Shown: piece after piece, positions 27,102 to 36,168 of the stretch
Layout of the letters: each line of letters begins with the position of its first letter
Position numbering within the stretch: the first letter of the stretch is position 1
Source: Candidatus Latescibacterota bacterium
GTDB lineage: Bacteria; Latescibacterota; UBA2968; UBA8231
DNA length: 64,000 bases
Assembly: GCA_965204725.1 (NCBI GenBank)
Contig: OZ242005.1
Coordinates: forward strand, 864,001 to 928,000
Direction of reading: 5' to 3'
The notes under the pieces: model-generated
Seen by the model: the letters and a program-made list of their open reading frames with translations, nothing else
Database searches by the model: none
Told to the model about the DNA's origin: nothing
Position numbers and translations under genes: made by a program

Positions 27102-28020
27102 GATTCCCCCTTTCGGGCCAGACCAGCGCGGAGTTCTTTATCGCGCCCCACGTCTCGCGGTGCTGCGCCGTGCCCGCGTCTAGAGTGGCACTAGCGGCGC
27201 AGCGAAACCCCACATCCGGGCCTTTGAAGTCCGGGGCGTCCCGCGCTCGGTACGTGGGCCGCACGTGGCTGGCATCCGCCGCGTACGAGCCGCCGCGCAC
27301 GGCCTTGACGACGCCGTCGTCCGGCCCTTGGGGATTGGTGTCGGGGCCAACTGTGTAGTAGTTCGGATGGTACCAGTCGTTGGTCCACTCAAAGACATTG
27401 CCCACCATGTCGTAGGCTCCAAAGGGACTGCCGCCATCCCGCGTTTGGTAGCCATCTCGGTTGGAACCGTCGAAAAAGCCGACCGGGTTGGTGCTGAGGA
27501 TGGCCCCGAAACCGCGCTCAAATGGATCGTCGCTTTGGAAGTAATTGGCGCGAAAGGCGTCGAGCCCGTCGCCCCAAGGATACTTGCGGCCGTCGTCGCA
27601 GCGCGCGGCGCGCTCCCACTCGGCTTCGGTGGGCAACCGCTTGCCAGCCCACTCGCAGAAGGCCGCTGCGTCGTACCACGTCACCAGCGCAATGGGGTGG
27701 TTTTGTCGTGCGGCCGTATTCTGCAAGGGCCACTCCGGGAGCAGCGCACCCGTGTCGCGCTGGTACTCTCCCCATTGCGCTACCGTTACCTCGTATTTGT
27801 CGATTAGGTACGCGTCGAGGTAAATCTCGCGCACGGGCTGCTCGTCAAAGGCCTCGCCTTCCATACCTCGGGGGAAAGACCCGGCCGGCACTAGCACCAT
27901 GGTGGTAGCCCAACCCGTAGGCAGGCTGACGATCCGCTCGACTTTCTCGTGCTGGGCACCGACCGGCAGGGCGATCAGCACACAGAGGGCAATTCGACCA
28001 ATCATAAGAGTATTCTCCAA
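27085..28020 (-). CDS. FGE-sulfatase (SUMF1-like) domain protein with TWGAIK tail
   Basis: KYEVT, WYDAAAFCEWAGKRLPTEAEWERAAR, YDMVGNVFEW, RGGS, GFRCA; ends ETWGAIK. Confidence 0.9.
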   Translation of the reverse strand: MENTLMIGRIALCVLIALPVGAQHEKVERIVSLPTGWATTMVLVPAGSFPRGMEGEAFDEQPVREIYLDAYLIDKYEVTVAQWGEYQRDTGALLPEWPLQNTAARQNHPIALVTWYDAAAFCEWAGKRLPTEAEWERAARCDDGRKYPWGDGLDAFRANYFQSDDPFERGFGAILSTNPVGFFDGSNRDGYQTRDGGSPFGAYDMVGNVFEWTNDWYHPNYYTVGPDTNPQGPDDGVVKAVRGGSYAADASHVRPTYRARDAPDFKGPDVGFRCAASATLDAGTAQHRETWGAIKNSALVWPERGNHEEDE

Positions 28021-28179
28021 AAAGGACTTGGTTTGGGCTATCAGAACGTTAAGAAAAGCTAAGATATAAATAGAGTAGGAATTCCGCTCCAGCCTGCGGG
28101 CCGCTCATTTGCCTTGTTCCGCGCCTTGGGTATTTTTAGCATTTATATAGCAGTCCTAAATGACTTGCAAGCATGTAGC

Positions 28180-28268
28180 GATGCTTCGACTTCGCTGCGC
28201 TCAGCATGACACCGAGACGGGGACTGCGTCCCCCAAACCTTGTCATACTGAGCGCAGCGAAGTATCTC
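28180..28268. repeat. Inverted pair of REP-like units forming a long stem-loop
   Basis: cttcgctgcgctcagcatgaca ... tgtcatactgagcgcagcgaag (22 bp, 1 mismatch) with inner hairpin ggggactgcgtcccc. Confidence 0.8.
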
Positions 28269-28339
28269 ATACCCAAAAAGGACTGCTATAATAACTACGA
28301 CGTTTTCCTTCTGCGATACGTGCGCGAAAGCAGGCACTC

Positions 28340-30682
28340 ATGAATTTTCGCATGGCCCTCGTCGCTGTCTTGATCTTGGGCGGCAGCCATCGGCTAGCGG
28401 CCGATCAACTGCGCTACGACTCGGTGCGCGACTGGCGGCAATGGAATCTGCCCTTGGGCGCAGTGGAACTGACGGCCGAGGGCGTGATCCAGCCCACCCG
28501 AATTGAGAAGCGGACCGACGCTGTGCGCGACCTAGCGGCCTTCGACGGGGGCATCCGCGACGCCGGATCCAATCGCGCCGCAGCCCGCTTCGCGACCGAC
28601 GGCAACCCGGAGACCGGCTGGGCACCCCGCCCAACGGACGACCCCGAAGACTGGTTTATCGAGATCGACTTGGGCCGCGCGGTCTCGGCTCACAGCGTTA
28701 CTTTGGTCTTTGACGCGGAGGCTCCGCCCTTTGCGCTGTTCGACCTCTTGCTTTCGACCGGCGAGCCGGAGACCGACTTTATCGCCGCACCCATTGAAGG
28801 CTCCCTCGTCTATCGCGTCAAAGAGCGCTTCAAGGAAAACGACCTCCACCGCTTGACCTACCAAATAGCGCACATCGACCAAGAACCGATCCAGTTCATC
28901 CGCTTCGAGCCGCTGCTTTTAGTGCCCGATGCCCGCCTCGTTGAGGTCGAGGTCGAGGCCATCGGCGACAACATCGCCCTCGGCCTTTTGGAGCGCGGCG
29001 GCGGCGTTGACATCAACATCAATCTCGCCAGCAACGATTCCCAGCCCCTCGGCAAAGCAAGAGCGCTCTTTGACGGCGACCTGTACGAGCGCTGGCGTGC
29101 GGGCACGGCGTCTAGAGGCCAAGTTGACATCCTCGCCCATATAGTTCTCGACTTAGGTGCGGTTTACTGGGTCGATCAAACGAGAATCATCGGCGGGGTG
29201 GTGGTGCGCTCCGGCTTTGGCGGCGGCATTACCACTAGACACTATGTCTCGCGCCGGCGGTGGGGCTTTCGCTTCTACGAGCTGATGACCTCAGACGGCT
29301 CGCTGTCGCCCGATGGAACCCGCCTGTGGACCAAGCACTTTTCCGGGGCCTCGCCCGGGGAGCAGACTTCCAAGGGTCTAGTGGATCATCACTTCGACCT
29401 GCTGCCGACGCGCTTCGTGCGCATCTTCTGGAAGTACTGGGACACCAGTTGCTTTTCCTTGCAGCGGCTCGGGGAGGAGGGCGGCATCAACAAAGTCCCC
29501 GGCTGTGGCGCGGGTGGAGAAACCGACGAGATTCAGATTTTCGGCCAAGGGTTTCCGGCCGAAGTCGGCTTCCGCTCGCCCCTGCTCGACTTGGGCGAGG
29601 ACAAGAACTTCAACTCGATAGAATGGGGCGGCGACCAGCCGCCGGGCACCCTGATCGAAATCCGCACCCGCACGGGCAACGAAATTTTGCAGACCTATAC
29701 CTACCACGACAAAAACGGCAAGGAAGTCTCCGAGCGGAAGTTCAACCGGCTCATCCCCAGTTTCAAGGGACCGATCGACACCTCCTTCGCGGCCGGCGGC
29801 GATTGGAGTGCTTGGAGCCGGCTTTATAGCTTCTCCGGCGATGCCTTTCTCTCGCCCTCGCCGCGCCGCTACATGGAGATCGACGTCAAGCTAGTCTCTA
29901 ACCAACCCGACCGGGCCGCTACGCTCGACTTCCTGACCATCCATTCCACTCCGCCGCTGGCCAGCCGGGTGCTGGGCGAAATTTCCCCTCAGCAGGCCCA
30001 GCCGGGCGTGCCGACCGAGTTCACCTATTACTTGCAGCCCGAAAACGCCCGCGGCTTCGACCGCCTCTCCGTTGAGTCGGACACCCCGGTGCAATTTACC
30101 AGCGTCGCGCACAATGGCACCGCGCTCGACGCGCAGATAGACACCACGACGAGCGGTTTCCGAGTCCATCTGCCCAACCGCATCCGCACCGATTCGCTCA
30201 TCGAGCTAAAGTTTGAATCCTCGGTGTTCCGGCAATCGACGCGCTTCGACGTCTTTTTGCAGGACAGCCGACAAGACGAGAGCGTGCGCCAGCGAGTCGA
30301 TCCGGGCGATGCCACCGACTTGGTCGCGAGCAACACCAACGTCGTCAGCTTGCCGGTCTCTCAGGAGCTACTCGCCAACATATCCCTCTCGTCCAAGGCG
30401 ATTACCCCCAACGGCGACGGGATCAACGACGACCTGACACTGGAGATCTCGCTGGTCAATGTGCTCGCGCCGCGCCCCCTGCGGCTCCGCTTGTACGACC
30501 TCGCCGGCCGCCTCGTGGGCGATCGCAGCGAAGACAGCCGCGCCGGCCCGCAAGAAATCGTCTGGGATGGCCGCGACAGCCACGGCGAGCGCGTGGCCCC
30601 GGGCCTGTACGTGCTCGAAGTGCTCGTCGAGGGCGACGCGGGCGATGCGAAAGCGCAAGTACTCGTGGCCGTAGCCTACTAG
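28340..30682 (+). CDS. Secreted protein paralog A1: discoidin-like domains + C-terminal FlgD/CHU_C-like domain
   Basis: Signal peptide; DGNPETGW..IDLG; WSAWSRLY..SPSPRRY; ITPNGDGIND..YDLAGR..WDGRD..PGLY; ends VAVAY. Confidence 0.85.
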   Translation: MNFRMALVAVLILGGSHRLAADQLRYDSVRDWRQWNLPLGAVELTAEGVIQPTRIEKRTDAVRDLAAFDGGIRDAGSNRAAARFATDGNPETGWAPRPTDDPEDWFIEIDLGRAVSAHSVTLVFDAEAPPFALFDLLLSTGEPETDFIAAPIEGSLVYRVKERFKENDLHRLTYQIAHIDQEPIQFIRFEPLLLVPDARLVEVEVEAIGDNIALGLLERGGGVDININLASNDSQPLGKARALFDGDLYERWRAGTASRGQVDILAHIVLDLGAVYWVDQTRIIGGVVVRSGFGGGITTRHYVSRRRWGFRFYELMTSDGSLSPDGTRLWTKHFSGASPGEQTSKGLVDHHFDLLPTRFVRIFWKYWDTSCFSLQRLGEEGGINKVPGCGAGGETDEIQIFGQGFPAEVGFRSPLLDLGEDKNFNSIEWGGDQPPGTLIEIRTRTGNEILQTYTYHDKNGKEVSERKFNRLIPSFKGPIDTSFAAGGDWSAWSRLYSFSGDAFLSPSPRRYMEIDVKLVSNQPDRAATLDFLTIHSTPPLASRVLGEISPQQAQPGVPTEFTYYLQPENARGFDRLSVESDTPVQFTSVAHNGTALDAQIDTTTSGFRVHLPNRIRTDSLIELKFESSVFRQSTRFDVFLQDSRQDESVRQRVDPGDATDLVASNTNVVSLPVSQELLANISLSSKAITPNGDGINDDLTLEISLVNVLAPRPLRLRLYDLAGRLVGDRSEDSRAGPQEIVWDGRDSHGERVAPGLYVLEVLVEGDAGDAKAQVLVAVAY

Positions 30683-30821
30683 AAGCGGGCAAAAAATTCT
30701 TGACAGCCAAGCGCATATTTATTTGTTTACCCAACTATTATGAGAAAAAAGTCGCAAAAAATCGCCGCGGAAAGGAGGTCTGAAAAACCAACTGCTGCAC
30801 TCTTGAAAACCTCGTATTTCC

Positions 30822-30856
30822 GCCCGCTCCAGAAGCCACAGCGGGCCTTTTCTTCT
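30822..30856 (+). terminator. Possible intrinsic terminator/attenuator in the leader of the 30898 gene
   Basis: gcccgct-N11-agcgggc followed by ctttttcttct-like pyrimidine run. Confidence 0.35.
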
Positions 30857-30897
30857 AACTTTTCACCTACAGAATCACTATCGAGGAGGATTTTACA

Positions 30898-31812
30898 ATG
30901 CGCAAAGTCCTAGCGTTGAACCTAGGCGTCTTGCTCGTCGCCGGTGCTGCCTTCGCGCAGGAGCCGGCCGAAGTACCGCTCTTCTTCGCCGTGGGGATCC
31001 CCAGCAACGCCCTGCCCACCATCGACGGCGACAATGCCGACTGGGCTTGGGTCGATCGCAGCTTTGAGGTCACCATCGAAGACATGAACCCGCTGACCGG
31101 CGGTGCCGACGATGCCGACGACCTGTTCATCGACCTGATCATCGGCTGGAGCGATGCCAACAACCGCATTCACGCCATGATTCACGTCCACGACGACTTC
31201 CTAATCGTCGATAAGAACCCCGCCTGCACGTTCCGCGACGACAACTGCGAAGTGCATTTCGATCCCGACAACCAAGGCGGCGGCCCGTACTCGGCGCCCA
31301 ACGACCAAGACTTGCAGCCGGCCTATCAGATGTGCCTGAGCTTCTCCGAGCAGTTCTCGCGCGTCCAAATGTACAACGGCGCGCTGGGCAATTTCGAGCA
31401 GGACGCCCTGAATTTCTGGTGGACCCACACCGACTTCGTAGAAGCCGGTCAAGTCAACACCGGCCAAGAGTACTACTACGAGTTCAGCGCCGAGCTGATG
31501 GACCCGATCTCGATCAGCGGCGGCCCAGACGCCAGCACCGTGTGGACGCTCGCGGCCGAGCAGACCATCGGCATGTCGATCTCGGTTGACGACGCCGACG
31601 AAGGGCTCAACGCCAACGGCAACGATCCGCTCTCTGAGGATTGCTGCGAGAACGGTTTCTTCTGGCAGGCCCAGTACAGCATGGCCGAGCAGTTTATGAA
31701 CAGCGGCGGCATGCCCGATGTCTTCCTGACGCAGATCGCAGAAGGCGCCGATACGTCGGTCGAGGACAACTCTTGGGGCCAAATCAAGGCGCTGGTAGGC
31801 GAAGAGCTCTAA
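30898..31812 (+). CDS. Secreted CBM9/DOMON-like acidic protein with SWGQIK tail
   Basis: GAGGAGG RBS; signal peptide; PTIDGDNADW..GWSD..VHDD..DNCEVHFDPD..YEF..IGMSISVDDAD; ends TSVEDNSWGQIKALV. Confidence 0.8.
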   Translation: MRKVLALNLGVLLVAGAAFAQEPAEVPLFFAVGIPSNALPTIDGDNADWAWVDRSFEVTIEDMNPLTGGADDADDLFIDLIIGWSDANNRIHAMIHVHDDFLIVDKNPACTFRDDNCEVHFDPDNQGGGPYSAPNDQDLQPAYQMCLSFSEQFSRVQMYNGALGNFEQDALNFWWTHTDFVEAGQVNTGQEYYYEFSAELMDPISISGGPDASTVWTLAAEQTIGMSISVDDADEGLNANGNDPLSEDCCENGFFWQAQYSMAEQFMNSGGMPDVFLTQIAEGADTSVEDNSWGQIKALVGEEL

Positions 31813-31852
31813 ACCGACTTTCGCAGTCTTAGTCTTCGTCTTAAATACGTTC

Positions 31853-31890
31853 ACAAGGGGAGGGGGAAAGGATTCCCCTCCCCTTGTTTT
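31853..31890 (+). terminator. Rho-independent terminator
   Basis: acaaggggagggggaa..ttcccctccccttgt followed by tttt, directly after the 30898 gene. Confidence 0.8.
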
Positions 31891-31919
31891 GTCTATGGGG
31901 GTGAGAGGCGACACGCGCT

Positions 31920-33719
31920 ATGTGCATAAAGCGATTTAGGCTGTTGATCTGCATTCTGTTGAGTGCTAAGGCGGCCGGTGCTGTCGAGGTGTGGACCGCG
32001 GGCGGCTCTGGCTTTGCTTGGGACGATGTCGGCGAACTGACGGGGCTTACCACCGACGAATTCGTCCTGCTCCCGGCCGTAGTCGATTCAACGACCAATG
32101 CCGTCGAAAACCTCACTCTCAAGCGGCGAGGGGGCGCGATCTCCTCACCGCAGTCGCGTGAGGACCTAACGGGCCTGCTCACCGACGGCAATGCCGAGAC
32201 CTTCTGGCGCGTCACCCGCGAGCGCCGCCCCGACGGCACTTCCATGCTCATCGACTTAGGCGCGATCCTGCCGATCAACCGCATTCGCTTTCAGGGCAAC
32301 CCCGACATCTTCCTTCGCGCCTATGAGCTTTTTGTTCACGACGGCAACCCCGCGCAACTGCGCGAGGACCGCCCGATTGCCTTCATCAATCAAGTCAGTG
32401 CCAACCTCGAACAGAGCGAATCGGAGATCGACGCGCACATCCCCCTCCAGTTTGTGCGGTTCATCCGCCTAATTAGCCGCTCGGGCCAAGAGTTCATCAT
32501 CGAGGAAGCCGAGGTCTTTGGCGACGGCTTCGCGCCCACCGGCAGCTATCTCTCCCAAGTCATCGACCTCGGGGAGGCGGCCAACTTCGGCCAACTCCGC
32601 TTGCAGACGCGCTCCGACCCCCTGACCAACGTGGTATTGCAAACGCGCACGGGCACGGTGCCCGACCCCAAAATCTACTACCGCAAAACCGAGGTCTTTG
32701 AGGGCGAGGATCGGCAGGAAGAGGCTATCTTGCCGATTGGCTCGCCCGAGGCGGCCGACGAATACGACGATCTGACCTCGTCCAACAAGGGCGCGATTAT
32801 CGACAATATCGACGAGTGGAGCCCTTGGTCGGCCCCTTATGAGGATTTTTTCGGCGATTTACTGTCCCCGGGCAACCGCCGCTACGTCCAGTTCCGCCTG
32901 TTGTTTTCGTCCGAGGACGCGCGCCAGTCGGCCCTTGTCGATTCGTTTTCCTTTGACTATTCGGTGCCGACGCTGGCCGAAGAGCTGACGGCCGAAGTCA
33001 CGCCGGCAACCGTTACCCTCGGCGAGAGCAACACCTTTGACTACTACATCCGCTCGACCTTCGGCCCGGCCAACGACGGGTTCGACCGCGTGGAAATCCG
33101 CACGCCTTTCAAGGCGACGGTCCATAGCGTCGAATTGGACGGGGAGCCGGTGGCCTTTACCGAAGCGGACGCGCAGGACGACAGCCGACTGGCCATCCAA
33201 CTGACGGGCGATCGCGTGACCGAATCGGGGCAGCTTTTGCGCATCCGCTTCGAGGCCATGGTGACCGTCTATGGCACCACGTTTTTCGCCAAGGTTTTCG
33301 ACAGCCAAACCGGCGAACTCGGCCAAGACGTGGTGCCCGGCGACGCCAGCCCTGAAGCCGAGGCCGATCGCTTGTCCATCCAAGGCGCATTGCGCCAAGA
33401 GCTAGTCCTCGAATTGAAGGCCGATCCGCCGGTATTCAGTCCCAACGGCGATGGGATTAACGACCAACTACAAGTATCCTATATCTTGCTGCGCGCCCTC
33501 TCGCAGGTGCCGGCCGACCTCATCGTGTACGACCTCGCCGGCCGGCCGGTGCGACGCCTGCAAAAAAGCGGCGCGCTCAACGGGCCGCAGCACGTGCCTT
33601 GGGACGGCTTGGACGAGAGCGGCGGCATCGCGCCGCCCGGGCTCTACATCCTGCGGCTTTCCATTGATACGGATACCGGCTCTGAAGACCGGTCGCTGCT
33701 GGTGGGGCTGGCGTACTGA
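31920..33719 (+). CDS. Secreted protein paralog B1 with C-terminal FlgD/CHU_C-like domain
   Basis: DGNAETFW..IDLG; WSPWSAPY..SPGNRRYVQF; FSPNGDGIND..YDLAGR..WDG..PGLY; ends VGLAY. Confidence 0.85.
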   Translation: MCIKRFRLLICILLSAKAAGAVEVWTAGGSGFAWDDVGELTGLTTDEFVLLPAVVDSTTNAVENLTLKRRGGAISSPQSREDLTGLLTDGNAETFWRVTRERRPDGTSMLIDLGAILPINRIRFQGNPDIFLRAYELFVHDGNPAQLREDRPIAFINQVSANLEQSESEIDAHIPLQFVRFIRLISRSGQEFIIEEAEVFGDGFAPTGSYLSQVIDLGEAANFGQLRLQTRSDPLTNVVLQTRTGTVPDPKIYYRKTEVFEGEDRQEEAILPIGSPEAADEYDDLTSSNKGAIIDNIDEWSPWSAPYEDFFGDLLSPGNRRYVQFRLLFSSEDARQSALVDSFSFDYSVPTLAEELTAEVTPATVTLGESNTFDYYIRSTFGPANDGFDRVEIRTPFKATVHSVELDGEPVAFTEADAQDDSRLAIQLTGDRVTESGQLLRIRFEAMVTVYGTTFFAKVFDSQTGELGQDVVPGDASPEAEADRLSIQGALRQELVLELKADPPVFSPNGDGINDQLQVSYILLRALSQVPADLIVYDLAGRPVRRLQKSGALNGPQHVPWDGLDESGGIAPPGLYILRLSIDTDTGSEDRSLLVGLAY

Positions 33720-33758
33720 GCGCGGGCCGCAGTTGGGATAGGCTAAGGGAGCACGGCT

Positions 33759-36128
33759 ATGACAATCACTGGCGCGTTATGCCTCGTTATGGCGTTGGGC
33801 AGTTTGGCCTTTGGCGAGCGCGTTTCGTTTGACACCCGCGCCGCGTGGCAGGAGTGGGCGCACCCGGTCGGCGCGGTCGAACTGCAAGCGACCGGCCGCA
33901 TTCAGCCCGTGCCCGTCCGCAAAAACATCAACGCCGTGCGCAACGCTGAGCGCTTTGGCGGCGGCATCCGCCGGGTCGGCAGCAACGCCGGCGACGCCCG
34001 CCTCATCATGGACGGCGACCCGACGACGAGCTGGGCACCCGACCCGGCCGACGGCCTTGAAAACGCGTACATCGAACTCGACTTGGGCCGCTTGGTGACG
34101 GCCTCCGAGATCGTCCTCACGTTTGACGAGGCCGCGCCGCCCTTTGAATTTTTCAACATTCTGCTGTCGAGCGGCGAGAAGTTCTTTACCAACGCCTTAG
34201 TGCCTGTGGAGGGCACCCTCGGATACGGCCTGTCCAAGGGCATTGGCTTCAACGACCGCCACGAGCTCGTCCTCGACCCCCGCCAGCGCACCTTGGGCGT
34301 GAGCGCGGCCGGGTCCGACGACATTGGCGGCGGCTTTGTCGAGGGCACGGTGCGCGAGTTCAAGGAATCTTCGGGCCTCGTCCGCATCATTCGCATTGAG
34401 TTGGCCAAGTTCGTCGAGGGCGCTGGCCTAGCCGAAATCTCGGTCTCCACCATCGGCGACAACATCGCCCTCGGGATCATTGAGCGCGGCGGCAACATCG
34501 AGCTCATCACCGACTTGCAGGCCGTGCTCTCCGGCGGCGAAAACATGGTCGATGGCGATATTGTCACCAACTGGGGCATGCAGACCTACCACCAGACCCA
34601 GACCGGCTTCGACATCTTCAATCGCATCATCTTCGACTTAGGAGCCCATTACTGGATCGACCAAATCCGCATCATCGGCGAGCCGGCCGGTGCCCCGTCG
34701 CGCATTCGCAGCCGCTACGCCAACTTCTTCTGGTATCAGCTCCTCGCTTCCGACGGGTCCATCGCCCCGGACGGCACCCTGAATTTTCACGAGATCGCCT
34801 TTGTGGACGACAGCCCCCTGAACGAGACGACGATCCGCAACTTCGACCACCAATTCAGCTTGCAGAAAATCCGCTACATCAAGCACTACTTCCCGTCCTC
34901 CCGCCACGGCGGCGAGCGCACCGGCACCCACGGCACGTACCGCCTCTTTGCCCTGATTAGCGAGTTCCAGATCTACGGCGAGGGCTTTCCGGCCGAGTTG
35001 CAGCTCACCTCGCCGATCCTCGACCTCGGCCAAGCCAAGGCCCTGACCTCGGTTGAGTGGGACGCCGAAATCCCGCCCGGTACGCGCATTGAGTTGCGCA
35101 GCCGCACCGGCGGCGAAGTCGTTGAGAATGTTCACTACTTCGACAAGAAGGGCAAAGAGATCACCGAGCGGAAATGGAACAAGACGCCCAAGACCCTGCG
35201 CGGGCCGACCAAAACCACGATTTCCGTCGGCTCGGACTGGAGCGTCTGGAGCGATCCGTACGTGACGTCGGGGGCGCTGTTTAGCTCGCCCTCGCCGCGC
35301 CGCTATGTCCGGCTCGACCTGCGCCTGATTTCGGACGATCCCAATGCGGCCCCGGCGATCAACGCCCTGCACTTGAACGCGGAAAACCCCATTGCCCTCC
35401 AAACCCGCGCCGAAGTCTTTCCCAGTATCGTCGAGCCGGGCGTCAAAAAGGATTTTACGTATTTTGTCCTGCCCACCTTTGGCGGGCGCTCGCAGGGCTT
35501 TGACCGCCTGACCATGGTCGCGTCCGTGCCCGTTGATTTTACCAGTCTGAAGTTGGGCGACGAGCCGGTGGAGGCCGCAATCACCGCGGTTGCCGACGGG
35601 TTTGTCGTCGATCTACCGGCCACCGTCCGCCGCTCCGAGCTCATCGAGCTCTCGTTCAGCAGCACCATTTACCAAAACCAGACGCGCTTCGATCTCTTTC
35701 TCGGCAACAGCAACCTCGGCCAAGACGTGCGCCAACTCGTCGACCAAGGCGACGCCAAAGCCGATGTGCCGAGCGAATCCGTGTCAGTGCAACTGCCGGT
35801 CAACGACCTCCTACTCGCCAACGTAGCCCTTTCGACGCCCGTGCTAACGCCCAATGGCGATGGGGTCGGCGACGAGCTGGTCATTGAATTCGACGCGCTC
35901 AAGTTGGTGACGCCGCGCCCCGTGCGGGTCCACATCTACGACCTCGCCGGTCGCAAGGTGCGCGTCCTCGACAGCGGCGCGGGGCTGGCTCGGCGCTACC
36001 GCTTCACTTGGAACGGGCGCGACCACGCCGGGGCGCTCGTGCGGCCGGGGACCTATCTAGCCCAGATCGAAATCGCCGGCGACTCCCAGACCGAGACGGT
36101 GCAGCGGATAGTGCCGGTGGCCTACTGA
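33759..36128 (+). CDS. Secreted protein paralog A2 with C-terminal FlgD/CHU_C-like domain
   Basis: Colinear with 28340..30682 (GGGIRRVGSN, IGDNIALG, FDLGAHYWID, SPSPRRY); LTPNGDG; ends VPVAY. Confidence 0.85.
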   Translation: MTITGALCLVMALGSLAFGERVSFDTRAAWQEWAHPVGAVELQATGRIQPVPVRKNINAVRNAERFGGGIRRVGSNAGDARLIMDGDPTTSWAPDPADGLENAYIELDLGRLVTASEIVLTFDEAAPPFEFFNILLSSGEKFFTNALVPVEGTLGYGLSKGIGFNDRHELVLDPRQRTLGVSAAGSDDIGGGFVEGTVREFKESSGLVRIIRIELAKFVEGAGLAEISVSTIGDNIALGIIERGGNIELITDLQAVLSGGENMVDGDIVTNWGMQTYHQTQTGFDIFNRIIFDLGAHYWIDQIRIIGEPAGAPSRIRSRYANFFWYQLLASDGSIAPDGTLNFHEIAFVDDSPLNETTIRNFDHQFSLQKIRYIKHYFPSSRHGGERTGTHGTYRLFALISEFQIYGEGFPAELQLTSPILDLGQAKALTSVEWDAEIPPGTRIELRSRTGGEVVENVHYFDKKGKEITERKWNKTPKTLRGPTKTTISVGSDWSVWSDPYVTSGALFSSPSPRRYVRLDLRLISDDPNAAPAINALHLNAENPIALQTRAEVFPSIVEPGVKKDFTYFVLPTFGGRSQGFDRLTMVASVPVDFTSLKLGDEPVEAAITAVADGFVVDLPATVRRSELIELSFSSTIYQNQTRFDLFLGNSNLGQDVRQLVDQGDAKADVPSESVSVQLPVNDLLLANVALSTPVLTPNGDGVGDELVIEFDALKLVTPRPVRVHIYDLAGRKVRVLDSGAGLARRYRFTWNGRDHAGALVRPGTYLAQIEIAGDSQTETVQRIVPVAY

Positions 36129-36168
36129 GGAAGCCGCTTTTGCCACCTTACAGCAAAGAGGAACAGCG

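Noticed and set aside
28180-28268. tRNA or riboswitch
   Set aside because: No cloverleaf or T-loop consensus; better explained as an inverted REP-like pair.
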